NCBI GenBank assembly: GCA_965212055.1
Contig: OZ243041.1
Span: 79,914 to 143,913, forward strand
DNA from: Fidelibacterota bacterium
GTDB lineage: Bacteria > Fidelibacterota > Marinisomatia > Marinisomatales > Marinisomataceae
Reading direction: 5' to 3'
Length of the DNA stretch: 64,000 bases
Each line of letters begins with the position of its first letter. Within the stretch, counting starts at the first letter, position 1. This document shows positions 1-10,841 of the stretch, in pieces. A program made the position numbers and the translations under genes. The notes under the pieces are model-generated. The model was not told where the DNA came from, ran no database searches, and was given only the letters and a program-made list of their open reading frames with translations.

Positions 1-167
1 CAGACTTAGCAATTCATCTGCTTGTTGCAGGTGTAATTATTGGCATTTTATTTGGTGATATGTTTGGTGTTATTGGAAATATTGCATCTGTAATGGCTTC
101 AGTTGGTGACAATGGTCTTGCTGGACTAATTACTATTTTAATTGTTGCAATGTGGATGAAAAAATAA
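1..167 (+). CDS. 3' end of a membrane-protein gene (5' end lies outside the window)
   Basis: Frame 3 is open from the window edge to TAA at 165-167. The translation ...DLAIHLLVAGVIIGILFGDMFGVIGNIASVMASVGDNGLAGLITILIVAMWMKK is strongly hydrophobic. A terminator hairpin follows. Confidence 0.5.
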   Translation, partial: DLAIHLLVAGVIIGILFGDMFGVIGNIASVMASVGDNGLAGLITILIVAMWMKK

Positions 168-203
168 TTATTATTTTAGAATCTACTTTTCAATAAAAAA
201 AAT

Positions 204-229
204 AAAGGGCTCAACTTTTGGGCCCTTTT
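204..229 (+). terminator. Rho-independent terminator after the truncated upstream gene
   Basis: AAAGGGC (204-210) pairs with GCCCTTT (222-228) around an 11-nt loop. The hairpin is flanked by an A-run upstream and T-rich sequence downstream. Confidence 0.6.
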
Positions 230-253
230 ACTCTTATTTTATGATAATTTCAT

Positions 254-1423
254 GTGATGAAATTATTTAAATCTATATACCCTATTTTTTATTATCTGCT
301 ATTTATATCTTGGTGCTTTGCCTCTACTCAAGGAACAGTTAAAATTATTGATTCCAACAATCTTCTCATCGGGAAAGCAAACTATATCAAAGAACAGAAA
401 TATTATATCTCTGTTAATAATTTTTCTGATGTTTTACTAAATAAAAATTTTACCAATAATAATACTGAAAAAATTATTATTTATTTTGGAGATACTAAAA
501 TTAAAATTACCGCTAATATATCATTTATTATTATTAATGATAAAGCTTACCAGTTACAAAATAACGTTTTCCAAAGAAAGGGAGAATATTATGTCCCTTT
601 GGATGATTTCTTAGCTCTTTTAACTCAACATACCAATACAAACTATTCTATAAATTATAATTCTATGTCTATTAATCTCGGCAGCGTTATTCAGAATTCC
701 CCTATAGATAAAACAACGGATTTAATTAAAGAAAAAAAGAAATGGCAATTTGATACAATTATTATTGATCCTGGTCATGGAGGAAAAGATCCTGGTTCAA
801 TAGGCTATAAAGGCACCAAAGAGAAAGATATTGTTTTAGATGTCTCAAAACGTTTAGCAAAGAAAATACAAAAAAATTTAAGAGTTAAAACTATTTTAAC
901 TCGAGATGAAGATGTTTTTATTCGCTTACAGGATAGAACAAAATTTGCTAATACAAATGAAGGAGATTTATTTATTAGTATTCATGTAAACTCCAATGAA
1001 AGCAAAAAACCTTATGGGTTTGAAACCTATCTTTTAAAACCCGGTAGAAATCAAGAAGCAATTAACGTAGCATTGCGGGAAAACTCTGTAATTGAATTAG
1101 AAGGAAATAAGTTTGAGAAACTAACTGATGAACAATTAATCCAAGCCACAATTGCTCAAAGCGGTTTTGTGCAGTATAGTGAAAAATTTGCAGCCTTAAT
1201 TCAAGAAGAAATTGATAAAAGAGTGCAAAGCAGAAATCGAGGAGTAAAACAAGCTGGATTTTATGTTTTGATGGGAGCTTCAATGCCAAATGTTTTGATT
1301 GAATTAGGTTATATATCAAACCCTAATGAAGAAAAAAAATTAAATAGTTCCAGCTATAGAGATATGCTTGCCACATCCATTTACTATGCTATTGTGAAAT
1401 ATCAGAAAATATTAAATGATTAA
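254..1423 (+). CDS. N-acetylmuramoyl-L-alanine amidase (Amidase_3/AmiC-like) with an N-terminal signal/anchor and an extra N-terminal domain of about 170 aa
   Basis: Motifs IIIDPGHGGKDPGS, FISIHVNS and AGFYVLMGASMPNVLIELGYISN are typical of the MurNAc-LAA family. The ORF starts at GTG 254, with an ATG at 257 as an alternative start. Confidence 0.85.
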   Translation: MMKLFKSIYPIFYYLLFISWCFASTQGTVKIIDSNNLLIGKANYIKEQKYYISVNNFSDVLLNKNFTNNNTEKIIIYFGDTKIKITANISFIIINDKAYQLQNNVFQRKGEYYVPLDDFLALLTQHTNTNYSINYNSMSINLGSVIQNSPIDKTTDLIKEKKKWQFDTIIIDPGHGGKDPGSIGYKGTKEKDIVLDVSKRLAKKIQKNLRVKTILTRDEDVFIRLQDRTKFANTNEGDLFISIHVNSNESKKPYGFETYLLKPGRNQEAINVALRENSVIELEGNKFEKLTDEQLIQATIAQSGFVQYSEKFAALIQEEIDKRVQSRNRGVKQAGFYVLMGASMPNVLIELGYISNPNEEKKLNSSSYRDMLATSIYYAIVKYQKILND

Positions 1424-2660
1424 TCCAACTTTAGAATTCTTATATGGACTTCATCATCGTGGAATTAAGTTAGGGTTAAAAAATATCAGTGATTTTTTAA
1501 GTTTGTGCAATAATCCTCACAATAAAATTAAAACCATTCACCTTGCTGGGACTAATGGGAAAGGATCAACAGCCTCTATTCTAGCAAAAATTTTACAAGA
1601 AAATGGCCAAAAAGTTGGACTTTACACTTCTCCACATTTGATTCGGTTTAATGAGAGAATTCGAATCAATGGTTGTCCAATATCAGATCAAGAAATAATT
1701 GATTTTATTCAGCAACATCAAAAAACTATTATGGACAGTTCTATCACTTTTTTTGAAGCAACCACTGCCCTTGCATTTACCTATTTTGAACGAAACAATG
1801 TCGATATTGCCATCATAGAAACAGGGCTTGGAGGCAGATTAGACTCAACGAATGTTATTACACCCGTTCAAACTATTATTACTGAGATTGATTATGATCA
1901 TACTCATATTTTGGGAGAATCTATTGAGCTTATTGCTAGTGAAAAATGTGGTATTTTTAAAAAAAATACTCCGGCATTAACAAGCAATTCAAATAAAAAA
2001 GTTTTAAATACTATAAAATATTGTGCCCATGAAAAACAATCGCCTTTAACAGTAATTGATAAAAATAAATCAACAATAATAGAGCATACTCCTCAATCAA
2101 TTTCTTTTTTACATAATGAAACAAAATTTATTTTACCTCAAGCAGGTTCTTATCAAAAAAACAATGCTATTTTAGCAATAGAAACATGTAAAGCTCATTT
2201 TTCTAAAATTAATATTTCAGAAATACAATCCAGTTTAAAAAAATGGATTTGGCCAGGAAGAATGCAAATAATGACTGAAAATATTTTTTATGATGTTGCT
2301 CATAATGCTAATGCCATTGAAAAATTATCCAAGGACTTATATTCAATTTATAATAAAAAACCAATAGGATTATTAATCTTGAAAAACGACAAACTTACTG
2401 ACAAGCTTTTAACTCTTTTATATAATGAGTTTGAAGAATTAGTAATATCTACAATAGATTCAAAAGACATTCTACAAAAAGATGCTATTTTAGATAATAA
2501 TCAATTACAACAATTTAAATTTGTTGATAATATTACAGAGGCATTATCAGAAATTAAATCTATAGACTATAATGGTCCAAAAGTAATTTTTGGCAGCCAC
2601 TATATTGCGAAGGAGTTATATAAATTTTTTGATTTTTCCTTTGACAATGGTACAATATAA
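1416..2660 (+). CDS. folC: Folylpolyglutamate synthase / dihydrofolate synthase
   Basis: Mur-ligase P-loop HLAGTNGKGST and IIETGLGGRLDSTN are present, and the 414-aa length fits. The gene overlaps the amidase stop by 8 nt. Confidence 0.85.
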   Translation: MINPTLEFLYGLHHRGIKLGLKNISDFLSLCNNPHNKIKTIHLAGTNGKGSTASILAKILQENGQKVGLYTSPHLIRFNERIRINGCPISDQEIIDFIQQHQKTIMDSSITFFEATTALAFTYFERNNVDIAIIETGLGGRLDSTNVITPVQTIITEIDYDHTHILGESIELIASEKCGIFKKNTPALTSNSNKKVLNTIKYCAHEKQSPLTVIDKNKSTIIEHTPQSISFLHNETKFILPQAGSYQKNNAILAIETCKAHFSKINISEIQSSLKKWIWPGRMQIMTENIFYDVAHNANAIEKLSKDLYSIYNKKPIGLLILKNDKLTDKLLTLLYNEFEELVISTIDSKDILQKDAILDNNQLQQFKFVDNITEALSEIKSIDYNGPKVIFGSHYIAKELYKFFDFSFDNGTI

Positions 2661-2722
2661 TGTAATTTGGATTTTCGAGGTTGTTTTCCCCCTAAAAAAC
2701 ATTTCACAAAAATGAGGAATCA

Positions 2723-4009
2723 ATGAAATTAAACGATTTAAAAGAAAAAAAACTAAGCGATCTTCGCGAAGTTGCAAAAACTATGGGTATTGAAAAAATA
2801 ACATCTTTTTCTAAAGATGAACTGATTGCAGAAATTATGAAAAATAATACTGACGATACCAAAAAAGACAACAGTAACAAAGAAACTGTTAAAAAAAATG
2901 ATAATGATAATACTTCATCTGGCGTATTAGAAATTCTACCAGATGGTTATGGATTTTTAAGAAGTGTTAATGATAATTATTTACCTGGGCCTGAGGATAT
3001 TTATGTAAGCCCATCTCAAATCAAACGATTTAAGTTAAAAACGGGTCATTATGTTACAGGCACCACCAGAGCACCAAAATCAAAAGAACGATTTCATGCT
3101 TTGTTACAATTGGTAGAAGTTAATGGAGTAAACCCTGAAGACATTAGAAAACAAACTCCATTTGCAAGATATACCCCATTACATCCTAACGAAAAATTTA
3201 ACCTTTCTAATACTAGCGATATGTCCATGAGGATTATGGATCTTATTGCTCCTATTGGTAAAGGACAGAGAGGATTAATTGTTGCACAACCTAAGACAGG
3301 TAAGACAATTTTAATCTCAAAAATTGCCAATGAAATTAGAAGAAATCACCCTGAAACCGCATTAATTATACTATTAATTGATGAACGTCCGGAAGAAGTA
3401 ACTGATATGAAACGAAGCGTAGACGCAGATGTTGTTAGTTCTACATTTGATGAGGGCCCAGAAAGACATGTACAAGTGTCAAATATGGCTTTAAAGAAGG
3501 CACAAAGGCTTGTTGAATGTGGTAGAGACGTAGTCATATTGTTAGATAGTATTACACGCTTAGGTAGAGCACATAATGCTGTTACCGCACATAGTGGTAA
3601 GATTTTGTCTGGAGGCGTAGATTCTAATGCATTAAGAAATCCAAAAAAATTCTTTGGAGCTGCTAGAAATACTGAAGAAGGTGGAAGTTTAACAATTATT
3701 GCAACAGCATTAATTGACACAGGCAGCAAGATGGACGGAGTAATTTTTGAAGAATTTAAAGGAACTGGTAATATGGAATTAGTTCTCGATAGAGAACTAA
3801 GTGATAGAAGAATTTACCCTTCTTTTAATATTCTTAAATCTGGTACTAGAAAAGAAGAATTATTATTATCAGATCAACACCTTTCAAGAATGTGGATTCT
3901 TAGAAAAATGCTAGGAGAAATGAACACAGAACAGGCAATGAGTTTCATGCAAGAAAGGATGAGAAGAACAAAAACTAATCAAGAATTTCTTGATTTAATG
4001 AGCAAATAA
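2723..4009 (+). CDS. rho: Transcription termination factor Rho
   Basis: Motifs: N-terminal [27 protein letters not shown] (RNA-binding domain), Walker [19 protein letters not shown] and [23 protein letters not shown] lies upstream. Confidence 0.95.
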   Translation: MKLNDLKEKKLSDLREVAKTMGIEKITSFSKDELIAEIMKNNTDDTKKDNSNKETVKKNDNDNTSSGVLEILPDGYGFLRSVNDNYLPGPEDIYVSPSQIKRFKLKTGHYVTGTTRAPKSKERFHALLQLVEVNGVNPEDIRKQTPFARYTPLHPNEKFNLSNTSDMSMRIMDLIAPIGKGQRGLIVAQPKTGKTILISKIANEIRRNHPETALIILLIDERPEEVTDMKRSVDADVVSSTFDEGPERHVQVSNMALKKAQRLVECGRDVVILLDSITRLGRAHNAVTAHSGKILSGGVDSNALRNPKKFFGAARNTEEGGSLTIIATALIDTGSKMDGVIFEEFKGTGNMELVLDRELSDRRIYPSFNILKSGTRKEELLLSDQHLSRMWILRKMLGEMNTEQAMSFMQERMRRTKTNQEFLDLMSK

Positions 4010-4019
4010 AATTCCCGAT

Positions 4020-5219
4020 ATGTCTTCAATCCTTTTCTCGTCACTTATTGGTAAAATTAACCCGTCATTTACGCTCGAAATGACTGCTAAGGCAGCCGCG
4101 TTACGCGCACAAGGTGTGGATGTCATTAATTTCGGTGTAGGTGAACCAGATTTTAATACCCCTAACCATATTATAGAAGCTGGTAAACAGGCTATGGATG
4201 ATGGGTTTACAAAATATACTCCTGGTTCGGGAATGATTGATTTAAAACAAGCCCTCCAACATAAATTAAAAGAACAAAATAATCTAGAATATACGACTGA
4301 ACAGATTATTGTTTCGAATGGAGCAAAACAGTGTCTATCGGTTGCATGTCAGGCTTTATTTGATAAAGGAGACAAGGTATTAGTTTTTACCCCTTACTGG
4401 GTTTCTTTTCCTGAATTTGTAAAAATTGCAGGAGCAACCCCTGTCTTTGTTAATACTATATCAGATAAACAATATGAACCAGATTTTGACGATTTAGAAT
4501 CTAAAATTGATTCGAACATTAAAGGGGTTATTATTAATTCACCAAGTAATCCTACAGGAGGAGTTTGGTCTGATGAATCAATTTTAAGATTATTAGATTT
4601 AGCACATGCAAATAATTGGTTTGTTATATCGGACGAAACCTACGAACAGCTCGTATATGATCGTGATTTTACTTGTATTGAAAATTTGAATAAAAATAAT
4701 GTTAATGTGTTAACAGTAATGAGCATGTCTAAAACCTATGCTATGACAGGATGGAGAATGGGCTATGCAGCGGGAGATAAAAATCTGATTAAAGCAATGA
4801 CTAAAATTCAAGGACAAACTACTTCTTGTCCAAATGCAATTAGTCAAAGAGCGTCTATTGCTGCATTGCTTGGAGATCATCGTCCAATAGATGATATGAA
4901 AGAACAGTTTCGAAATAGAAGGACTGTAATGTTTGATGAATTAAGTGCTTTACCTAATGTTCATTGTTCAATGCCAGGAGGAGCATTTTATATGTTTCCA
5001 GACTTTTCATTTTATCTTAATAAAAAAACAAAAAATGATAAAATTTTACAAGACACTTTCGACCTTTCTGATTATATTCTCGACACTGCAAAAGTAGTGA
5101 CAGTTCCTGGAGATGGTTTTGGAGCAAAAGGTCACCTAAGATTTTCTTTTGCTACAAACAATGAAGTAATTCAAAAGGGAGTTAGTGCAGTAAGAGAAGC
5201 TTTAGAGCAATTAAAATGA
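4020..5219 (+). CDS. Class I pyridoxal-phosphate aminotransferase (aspartate aminotransferase-like)
   Basis: Motifs INSPSNPTG and the PLP-lysine motif SMSKTYAMTGWRMGY are present in a 399-aa protein. Confidence 0.85.
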   Translation: MSSILFSSLIGKINPSFTLEMTAKAAALRAQGVDVINFGVGEPDFNTPNHIIEAGKQAMDDGFTKYTPGSGMIDLKQALQHKLKEQNNLEYTTEQIIVSNGAKQCLSVACQALFDKGDKVLVFTPYWVSFPEFVKIAGATPVFVNTISDKQYEPDFDDLESKIDSNIKGVIINSPSNPTGGVWSDESILRLLDLAHANNWFVISDETYEQLVYDRDFTCIENLNKNNVNVLTVMSMSKTYAMTGWRMGYAAGDKNLIKAMTKIQGQTTSCPNAISQRASIAALLGDHRPIDDMKEQFRNRRTVMFDELSALPNVHCSMPGGAFYMFPDFSFYLNKKTKNDKILQDTFDLSDYILDTAKVVTVPGDGFGAKGHLRFSFATNNEVIQKGVSAVREALEQLK

Positions 5220-5470
5220 AGAAAGATATACATTCAAAAGAGTATAGATTAGTGGTTTTTGAAGATAGTTCATGTAAATATTCTTTTTTAACCAAATCTA
5301 CCGTCAAAACAGATAAAACTGTTAAATGGGAAGACGGAAAAGAATACCCTCTATTTAAAATAGAGATTTCTGATCAGTCGCATCCATATTATACTGGTCA
5401 ACGTACTTTAGTTGATACAGCTGGTCGTATTGAAAAATTCAATCGCAAGTACGGCAAAAAAACTTCCTAA
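5216..5470 (+). CDS. rpmE: 50S ribosomal protein L31, type B (lacks the CxxC zinc motif)
   Basis: An 84-aa protein with SHPYYTGQ...GRIEKFNRKYG and only one Cys. Its start overlaps the aminotransferase stop (ATGA). Confidence 0.85.
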   Translation: MKKDIHSKEYRLVVFEDSSCKYSFLTKSTVKTDKTVKWEDGKEYPLFKIEISDQSHPYYTGQRTLVDTAGRIEKFNRKYGKKTS

Positions 5471-5495
5471 CTATTTTTTAATAAATTTTTGATCT

Positions 5496-6551
5496 ATGGA
5501 TATTCTATCTAAAGCTAAAGATGTTATTGTTGAGTATGACAATATTACTCAAGAAATGATTAACCCTGACAACATGTTAAATCAAGAAAAAATGATTCAA
5601 TTATCAAAGAAAAGAAGCAATTTGGAAGAACTTTATACATTAAGTAAAGGATTTATTGCTCTTAAGAATGAGTTGGATGATTTAGAAGAGCTATCAAAAG
5701 AAGAAGAAATGGAAGAACTTGTTAAAAGCGAAAAACCACAGTTATTAGAAAAAATCACTACTTTTGAAAAAAATTTAACAAAAATACTTATTACTAATGA
5801 TCCCAATGATAATAAAAACGCAATTATTGAAATAAGAGCTGGAACCGGTGGAGACGAAGCAGGGTTATTTGCTGGAGATTTGTTTCGAATGTATTCTAAA
5901 TATGCTGAAAAAAATAATATGTCAATCAAAGTAATGGATGTACACGAGACAGGTGTGGGAGGTTTGAAATCTATTATTTTTAATGTTGAAGGACAGAAAG
6001 CATATGGTCTGTATAAATATGAAGGAGGCGTTCATCGCGTTCAAAGAATTCCTAAAACCGAATCAGGAGGAAGAGTGCATACTTCTGCCGCCACTGTAGC
6101 TGTATTGCCTGAAGCAGAACAAGCGGAGGTTTCTGTTAATGATAATGATTTAAAAATTGATACATATCGTGCAAGCGGCGCAGGAGGACAACATGTTAAT
6201 AAAACTGAATCTGCTATCAGAATTACACACATTCCTACAGGCTTGGTTGTAACCTGTCAGGATGAAAGTTCTCAACATAAAAATAAAGCATCTGCATTAA
6301 AAGTTTTACGTGCAAGATTATTTTCTTTGGAACAAGAAAAACTTAATAAAGACAGAGACAAAATAAGAAAAAGCTTGGTATCCACTGGTGATCGATCAGC
6401 AAAAATACGAACATATAATTTTCCACAAGGACGCATTACAGACCATAGAATTAATTATACTTCTCATAAGTTCCAAGATACTTTAGAAGGCAATTTGGAC
6501 CATATTATTGAGAAACTTAAACTAGAAGACGATAATTCTAAAATTAATTAA
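5496..6551 (+). CDS. prfA: Peptide chain release factor 1
   Basis: GGQ motif SGAGGQHVNKTESAIRITHIPTG and RF1-type tripeptide region RIPKTESGGRVHTSAATVAV. Confidence 0.95.
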   Translation: MDILSKAKDVIVEYDNITQEMINPDNMLNQEKMIQLSKKRSNLEELYTLSKGFIALKNELDDLEELSKEEEMEELVKSEKPQLLEKITTFEKNLTKILITNDPNDNKNAIIEIRAGTGGDEAGLFAGDLFRMYSKYAEKNNMSIKVMDVHETGVGGLKSIIFNVEGQKAYGLYKYEGGVHRVQRIPKTESGGRVHTSAATVAVLPEAEQAEVSVNDNDLKIDTYRASGAGGQHVNKTESAIRITHIPTGLVVTCQDESSQHKNKASALKVLRARLFSLEQEKLNKDRDKIRKSLVSTGDRSAKIRTYNFPQGRITDHRINYTSHKFQDTLEGNLDHIIEKLKLEDDNSKIN

Positions 6552-6552
6552 G

Positions 6553-7410
6553 ATGGATTCAAATTATTTATTAAACAACTATTTAGAAAAACAATTATTT
6601 GAACTTCATAGTCTTCAAATTGATGAATACAAGAATAAATCAGAAATAATTATTCAAAATATTATAGGAATCAGTAAAGCTCAACTTTATACAAAAACTT
6701 ATTCTATTTCACAGATAGAGTTTAAAAGATTAGAAAATGCATTTTCATTGCTAAAGGACAATGCTCCTGTACAACATGTCTTACAAGAATCTTATTTTTA
6801 CAATGATAAATTTTTTACTCCACCTGGCGTATTTATCCCTAGACCAGAATCCGAATTAATTATTGATTGTGTTAACAATGATTTTTCTTTCTCTGAAAAA
6901 AAGACTGTTTTAGATATAGGTAGCGGTAGCGGTTGTTTATCTATTAGCCTTGGAAATCTATATAAAAATTTTTCCATCACCGGAATAGATATTTCTCATA
7001 AAGCTGTAGAAGTATCAAGGAAAAATGCAAAGACATTAAGGGCTTCTAATGTAAAATTTGTTAATAAAGATTTTTTCAACATTAGTCTTAATCTTTTTGA
7101 CATCATTATTAGCAATCCTCCTTATATCGCTATTTCTGAAATTAATAATTTAGATGATTCAGTTAGTAAGCATGATCCTCTTATTGCTTTATCCGATCAA
7201 TTTGATGGTTTATCTTTCTATAAATATTTTATTGACAACATTGACTATATGTTAAAAAAAGACGGAACAATGTATTTGGAAATTCCGAATTCAAATATTA
7301 CAGATAAAATTATAGACATAGTTAACAAAAAATCCAATATTGCTAACGAAATTTTTAAAGATTTTGAAGGTAATAATAGAGTAATTAAAATATATTTTAA
7401 TACTAAATGA
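6553..7410 (+). CDS. prmC: Release-factor glutamine N5-methyltransferase
   Basis: SAM motif DIGSGSGC and catalytic NPPY (IISNPPYI). The gene sits directly downstream of prfA. Confidence 0.9.
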   Translation: MDSNYLLNNYLEKQLFELHSLQIDEYKNKSEIIIQNIIGISKAQLYTKTYSISQIEFKRLENAFSLLKDNAPVQHVLQESYFYNDKFFTPPGVFIPRPESELIIDCVNNDFSFSEKKTVLDIGSGSGCLSISLGNLYKNFSITGIDISHKAVEVSRKNAKTLRASNVKFVNKDFFNISLNLFDIIISNPPYIAISEINNLDDSVSKHDPLIALSDQFDGLSFYKYFIDNIDYMLKKDGTMYLEIPNSNITDKIIDIVNKKSNIANEIFKDFEGNNRVIKIYFNTK

Positions 7411-10400
7411 AGAGCGAATTTATACATTTACATAACCATTCAGACAATAGTCTGTTAGATGGAGCACAAACCATCAATACTATTATTAATACAATGGATG
7501 ATTTGAGCATGGATTCTGTAGCTCTAACAGAACATGGTAATTTATTTGGGGCTATTTCTTTTTATAATCAAGCAAAAAGTAGCGGCGTTAAACCGATTAT
7601 TGGTTGTGAAGTATATGTTGCAAAAGGAAGTCGTTTTGATAAAGAAAAAGGTGCAATCGGAGGTCATTATAATCATTTAATTTTACTTGCACAAAATTTT
7701 GAAGGGTATAAAAACTTGATGAAAATTGTTACCCATGGTTATCTTGAAGGATTTTATTATAAGCCAAGAGTTGATCTTGAAGTTTTAAAAGAACACAATG
7801 AAGGACTAATTTGTTTATCAGCTTGTCTTAAAGGAAGTTTAGCAGAAACACTTGTTTATAGCGGATATGAAAGCGGTAAGGCAATTGCAGAAGAATACTC
7901 AAAAATTTTTCCTAATAGATATTATATTGAATTACAAAATCATGGTATTCCAGAAGAAATTCAAAATATCAAATTAGCATCAAAATTAGCAAAAGAAATG
8001 AATTTGCCATTAATAGCTACCAATGATGCACATTATGCGCTACAAGACCATCATACTGCCCACGATGTTCATATCTGTATTGGGACTGGCAAGCAATTAA
8101 CTGATACAAAAAGATTAAAATATTTTGGAAAAGAATTTTATTTTAAATCACAAGATGAAATGTTCTCTCTTTTTAAAGAATTTCCAGAAGCATTAGAGAA
8201 TACAAGAGCTATAACTGATTCTATTGATTTAGAAATTCCAATGGGTGATTATCATTTGCCTTGGTATCAAATCCCTGAAAATTCAGAAATAAAAGATATT
8301 AATGATTATCTAAAAAATATTTGTGAAAAAGGAATGGAAAAAAAATTTTCTGAGCCGACAAAAGAATTAACCGAAAGATTAAACTATGAACTATCTGTTA
8401 TTAAAAAGATGGGATTTGCTAGTTACTTCTTAATTACTGCAGACTTTGTGCACTATGCCAAAAAAAATAATATTCCTGTAGGCCCAGGAAGAGGTTCTGC
8501 AGCTGGGAGCTTAGCATCATATTGTCTAGATATCACTGATATCAACCCTTTAAAACATAATCTTCTTTTTGAAAGATTTTTAAATCCTGATAGAATTAGT
8601 TTACCAGATATTGATATTGATTTTTGTATCGAAAGACGCAATCAAGTAATTGATTACATAAAAAGTATTTATGGTGAAAAATCTGTTACTCAAATTATTA
8701 CTTTTGGGAAAATGAATGCCCGTGGAGTTATAAGAGACGTAGGGCGTGTTATGGGATATTCTTATTCAGATGTAGATAAAATTGCAAAATTAATTCCTGA
8801 AGGCCCAAAAATGACTCTAGATAAAGCTTTAAAACAAAGTTCAGAATTGAGAACTCATTCACAAAATCAATATCAAGATTTAATTGAAAATGCAAAAACT
8901 TTAGAGGGAATGAATCGCCATGCATCTATTCATGCAGCAGGCGTAGTGGTTGCCCCAGGAAAGTTAACTGATTTTGTACCATTATATAAATCTACTAATG
9001 ATGATATTACAACACAGTATGATATGAATGAGCTAGAGAAATTAGGTCTCTTAAAAATGGACTTTCTTGGATTACGAAATTTAACTGTTATTGATAAAAC
9101 TATTGATCTTGTTAATAAACGCTTAGGTAAAAAAATTGATATAAAGAATATTCCTTTAGATGATCCTAAAGTATATGAATTGTTTTCTAAAGGATTAACC
9201 GTTGGAGTATTCCAATTTGAATCATCAGGTATGAGAGAATATCTAAAGAAATTAGAGCCAAACGCTATTGAAGATTTAATTGCAATGACTGCATTATATA
9301 GGCCTGGTCCAATGAAAAATATTAATCATTATATTGATCGAGCACATGGAAAAGAAAAAGTAGAATCTATACACCCCCTACTTAATGAAGTTTTAAAAGA
9401 AACACATGGTATTATAGTTTACCAAGAACAGGTAATGGAAATTGCAGCTCGCATTGCTGGCTTTACTCTAGCCGAAGCGGATGAAATGAGAAAAGCTGTT
9501 GGTAAAAAAATTAGTTCTCTTATGAAAGAATTATCAGAAAAATTTATTAACGGAGCAATTAAAAATGGTATTTCAAAAACACAAGCTGTTCAGATTTTCG
9601 ATTTAATTGACAAATTTGCTCAATATGGATTTAATAAAAGTCATGCTACAGCCTATTCTTATATTTCATATCAGACTGCTTGGTTAAAAACGCATTATCC
9701 AGCTGATTTTATGTCTGCAAATTTAACAAGCGAAATGACTAACACAGACAGAGTGGTGGTTTTGATTAATGAATGTAGGAAGCTAAATATTAAAGTCAGT
9801 GCTCCCAATATTAATGAATCAGGAATTAATTTTGTACCAATTAATGACAGTGAAATTTCATATGGATTAAACGCTATAAAAAATGTTGGTATAAAAGCAT
9901 TAGAACAATCTATTGAAACAAGGGAAAAATTAGGAAATTTTTCTTCATTTTTTGATTTTGTTTCTAAAGTAGATCAACGTTTGGTGAATAAAAAAGTTGT
10001 TGAAAGTTTAATTATAGGCGGTGCCTTTGATTCAATACACGAAAATAGAGCTCAATTATTTAATGCAGTTGATATTGCAATTAAATATGGTCAACAAGTA
10101 CATAAAACGACCAATAAAAACCAAATTAACTTATTTGCAAATGACGAAAGCTTTCTTAAAGAACCAGACCTACCAGATATTCAAGAATGGGATAATCAAG
10201 AAAAATTAAGTAAAGAAAAAGAAGTTTTAGGTTTATATATATCAGGAAATCCTTTATTAAAGTATGCTGATATATTAGAAGAATTAAGTAACTATGATTT
10301 TATAGAAAAAAATTATCTCAAAGAAGATACGTTGATTAAACTAGGTGGAGCAATTTCAAGTTTTAAACTTCATTATGATAAAAAGAACAGACCGATGGCA

Positions 10401-10829
10401 TTTTTTAATCTAGATTGTTTGGGCGGTCAAGTAGAAGCCATTATTTTTCATGAAGCATTTGATAAGTATAAAGAAATTATTAATGATGGTAATATTGTAT
10501 TTCTTGTTGGTAGTTCTACAGTACAAAATCAATTTGCAGATTTAAAAATTAAAGTTGACGAAGTTGTGCCTATCAATCACGCAAAACAAGTTCTTAAAAC
10601 AAAAGAAATTAATATAAAAATTGGTAAAAATATTTCAAAAGAAATACTTAGTGAAATTCATGCTTTAACGCTTCAAAATTCTGGTGAATGTTCATTTATA
10701 GTTCATATGGCCAATGAAGACGGTTCTTCAAGAAGAATTGTTTCTAAAAAAGTCAAAGTTTCTGTTAATAATCATTTTATCACTATGTTAAAAGATTTAA
10801 TAGGAGAGTCTAACGTTTGGGTTAGTTAA
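7407..10829 (+). CDS. dnaE: DNA polymerase III alpha subunit
   Basis: PHP domain FIHLHNHSDNSLLDG, GPGRGSAAGSLASYCLDITDINP, PDIDIDF and YGFNKSHATAYS are present in a 1140-aa protein. Confidence 0.97.
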   Translation: MKSEFIHLHNHSDNSLLDGAQTINTIINTMDDLSMDSVALTEHGNLFGAISFYNQAKSSGVKPIIGCEVYVAKGSRFDKEKGAIGGHYNHLILLAQNFEGYKNLMKIVTHGYLEGFYYKPRVDLEVLKEHNEGLICLSACLKGSLAETLVYSGYESGKAIAEEYSKIFPNRYYIELQNHGIPEEIQNIKLASKLAKEMNLPLIATNDAHYALQDHHTAHDVHICIGTGKQLTDTKRLKYFGKEFYFKSQDEMFSLFKEFPEALENTRAITDSIDLEIPMGDYHLPWYQIPENSEIKDINDYLKNICEKGMEKKFSEPTKELTERLNYELSVIKKMGFASYFLITADFVHYAKKNNIPVGPGRGSAAGSLASYCLDITDINPLKHNLLFERFLNPDRISLPDIDIDFCIERRNQVIDYIKSIYGEKSVTQIITFGKMNARGVIRDVGRVMGYSYSDVDKIAKLIPEGPKMTLDKALKQSSELRTHSQNQYQDLIENAKTLEGMNRHASIHAAGVVVAPGKLTDFVPLYKSTNDDITTQYDMNELEKLGLLKMDFLGLRNLTVIDKTIDLVNKRLGKKIDIKNIPLDDPKVYELFSKGLTVGVFQFESSGMREYLKKLEPNAIEDLIAMTALYRPGPMKNINHYIDRAHGKEKVESIHPLLNEVLKETHGIIVYQEQVMEIAARIAGFTLAEADEMRKAVGKKISSLMKELSEKFINGAIKNGISKTQAVQIFDLIDKFAQYGFNKSHATAYSYISYQTAWLKTHYPADFMSANLTSEMTNTDRVVVLINECRKLNIKVSAPNINESGINFVPINDSEISYGLNAIKNVGIKALEQSIETREKLGNFSSFFDFVSKVDQRLVNKKVVESLIIGGAFDSIHENRAQLFNAVDIAIKYGQQVHKTTNKNQINLFANDESFLKEPDLPDIQEWDNQEKLSKEKEVLGLYISGNPLLKYADILEELSNYDFIEKNYLKEDTLIKLGGAISSFKLHYDKKNRPMAFFNLDCLGGQVEAIIFHEAFDKYKEIINDGNIVFLVGSSTVQNQFADLKIKVDEVVPINHAKQVLKTKEINIKIGKNISKEILSEIHALTLQNSGECSFIVHMANEDGSSRRIVSKKVKVSVNNHFITMLKDLIGESNVWVS

Positions 10830-10841
10830 ATTGTTAAAATT

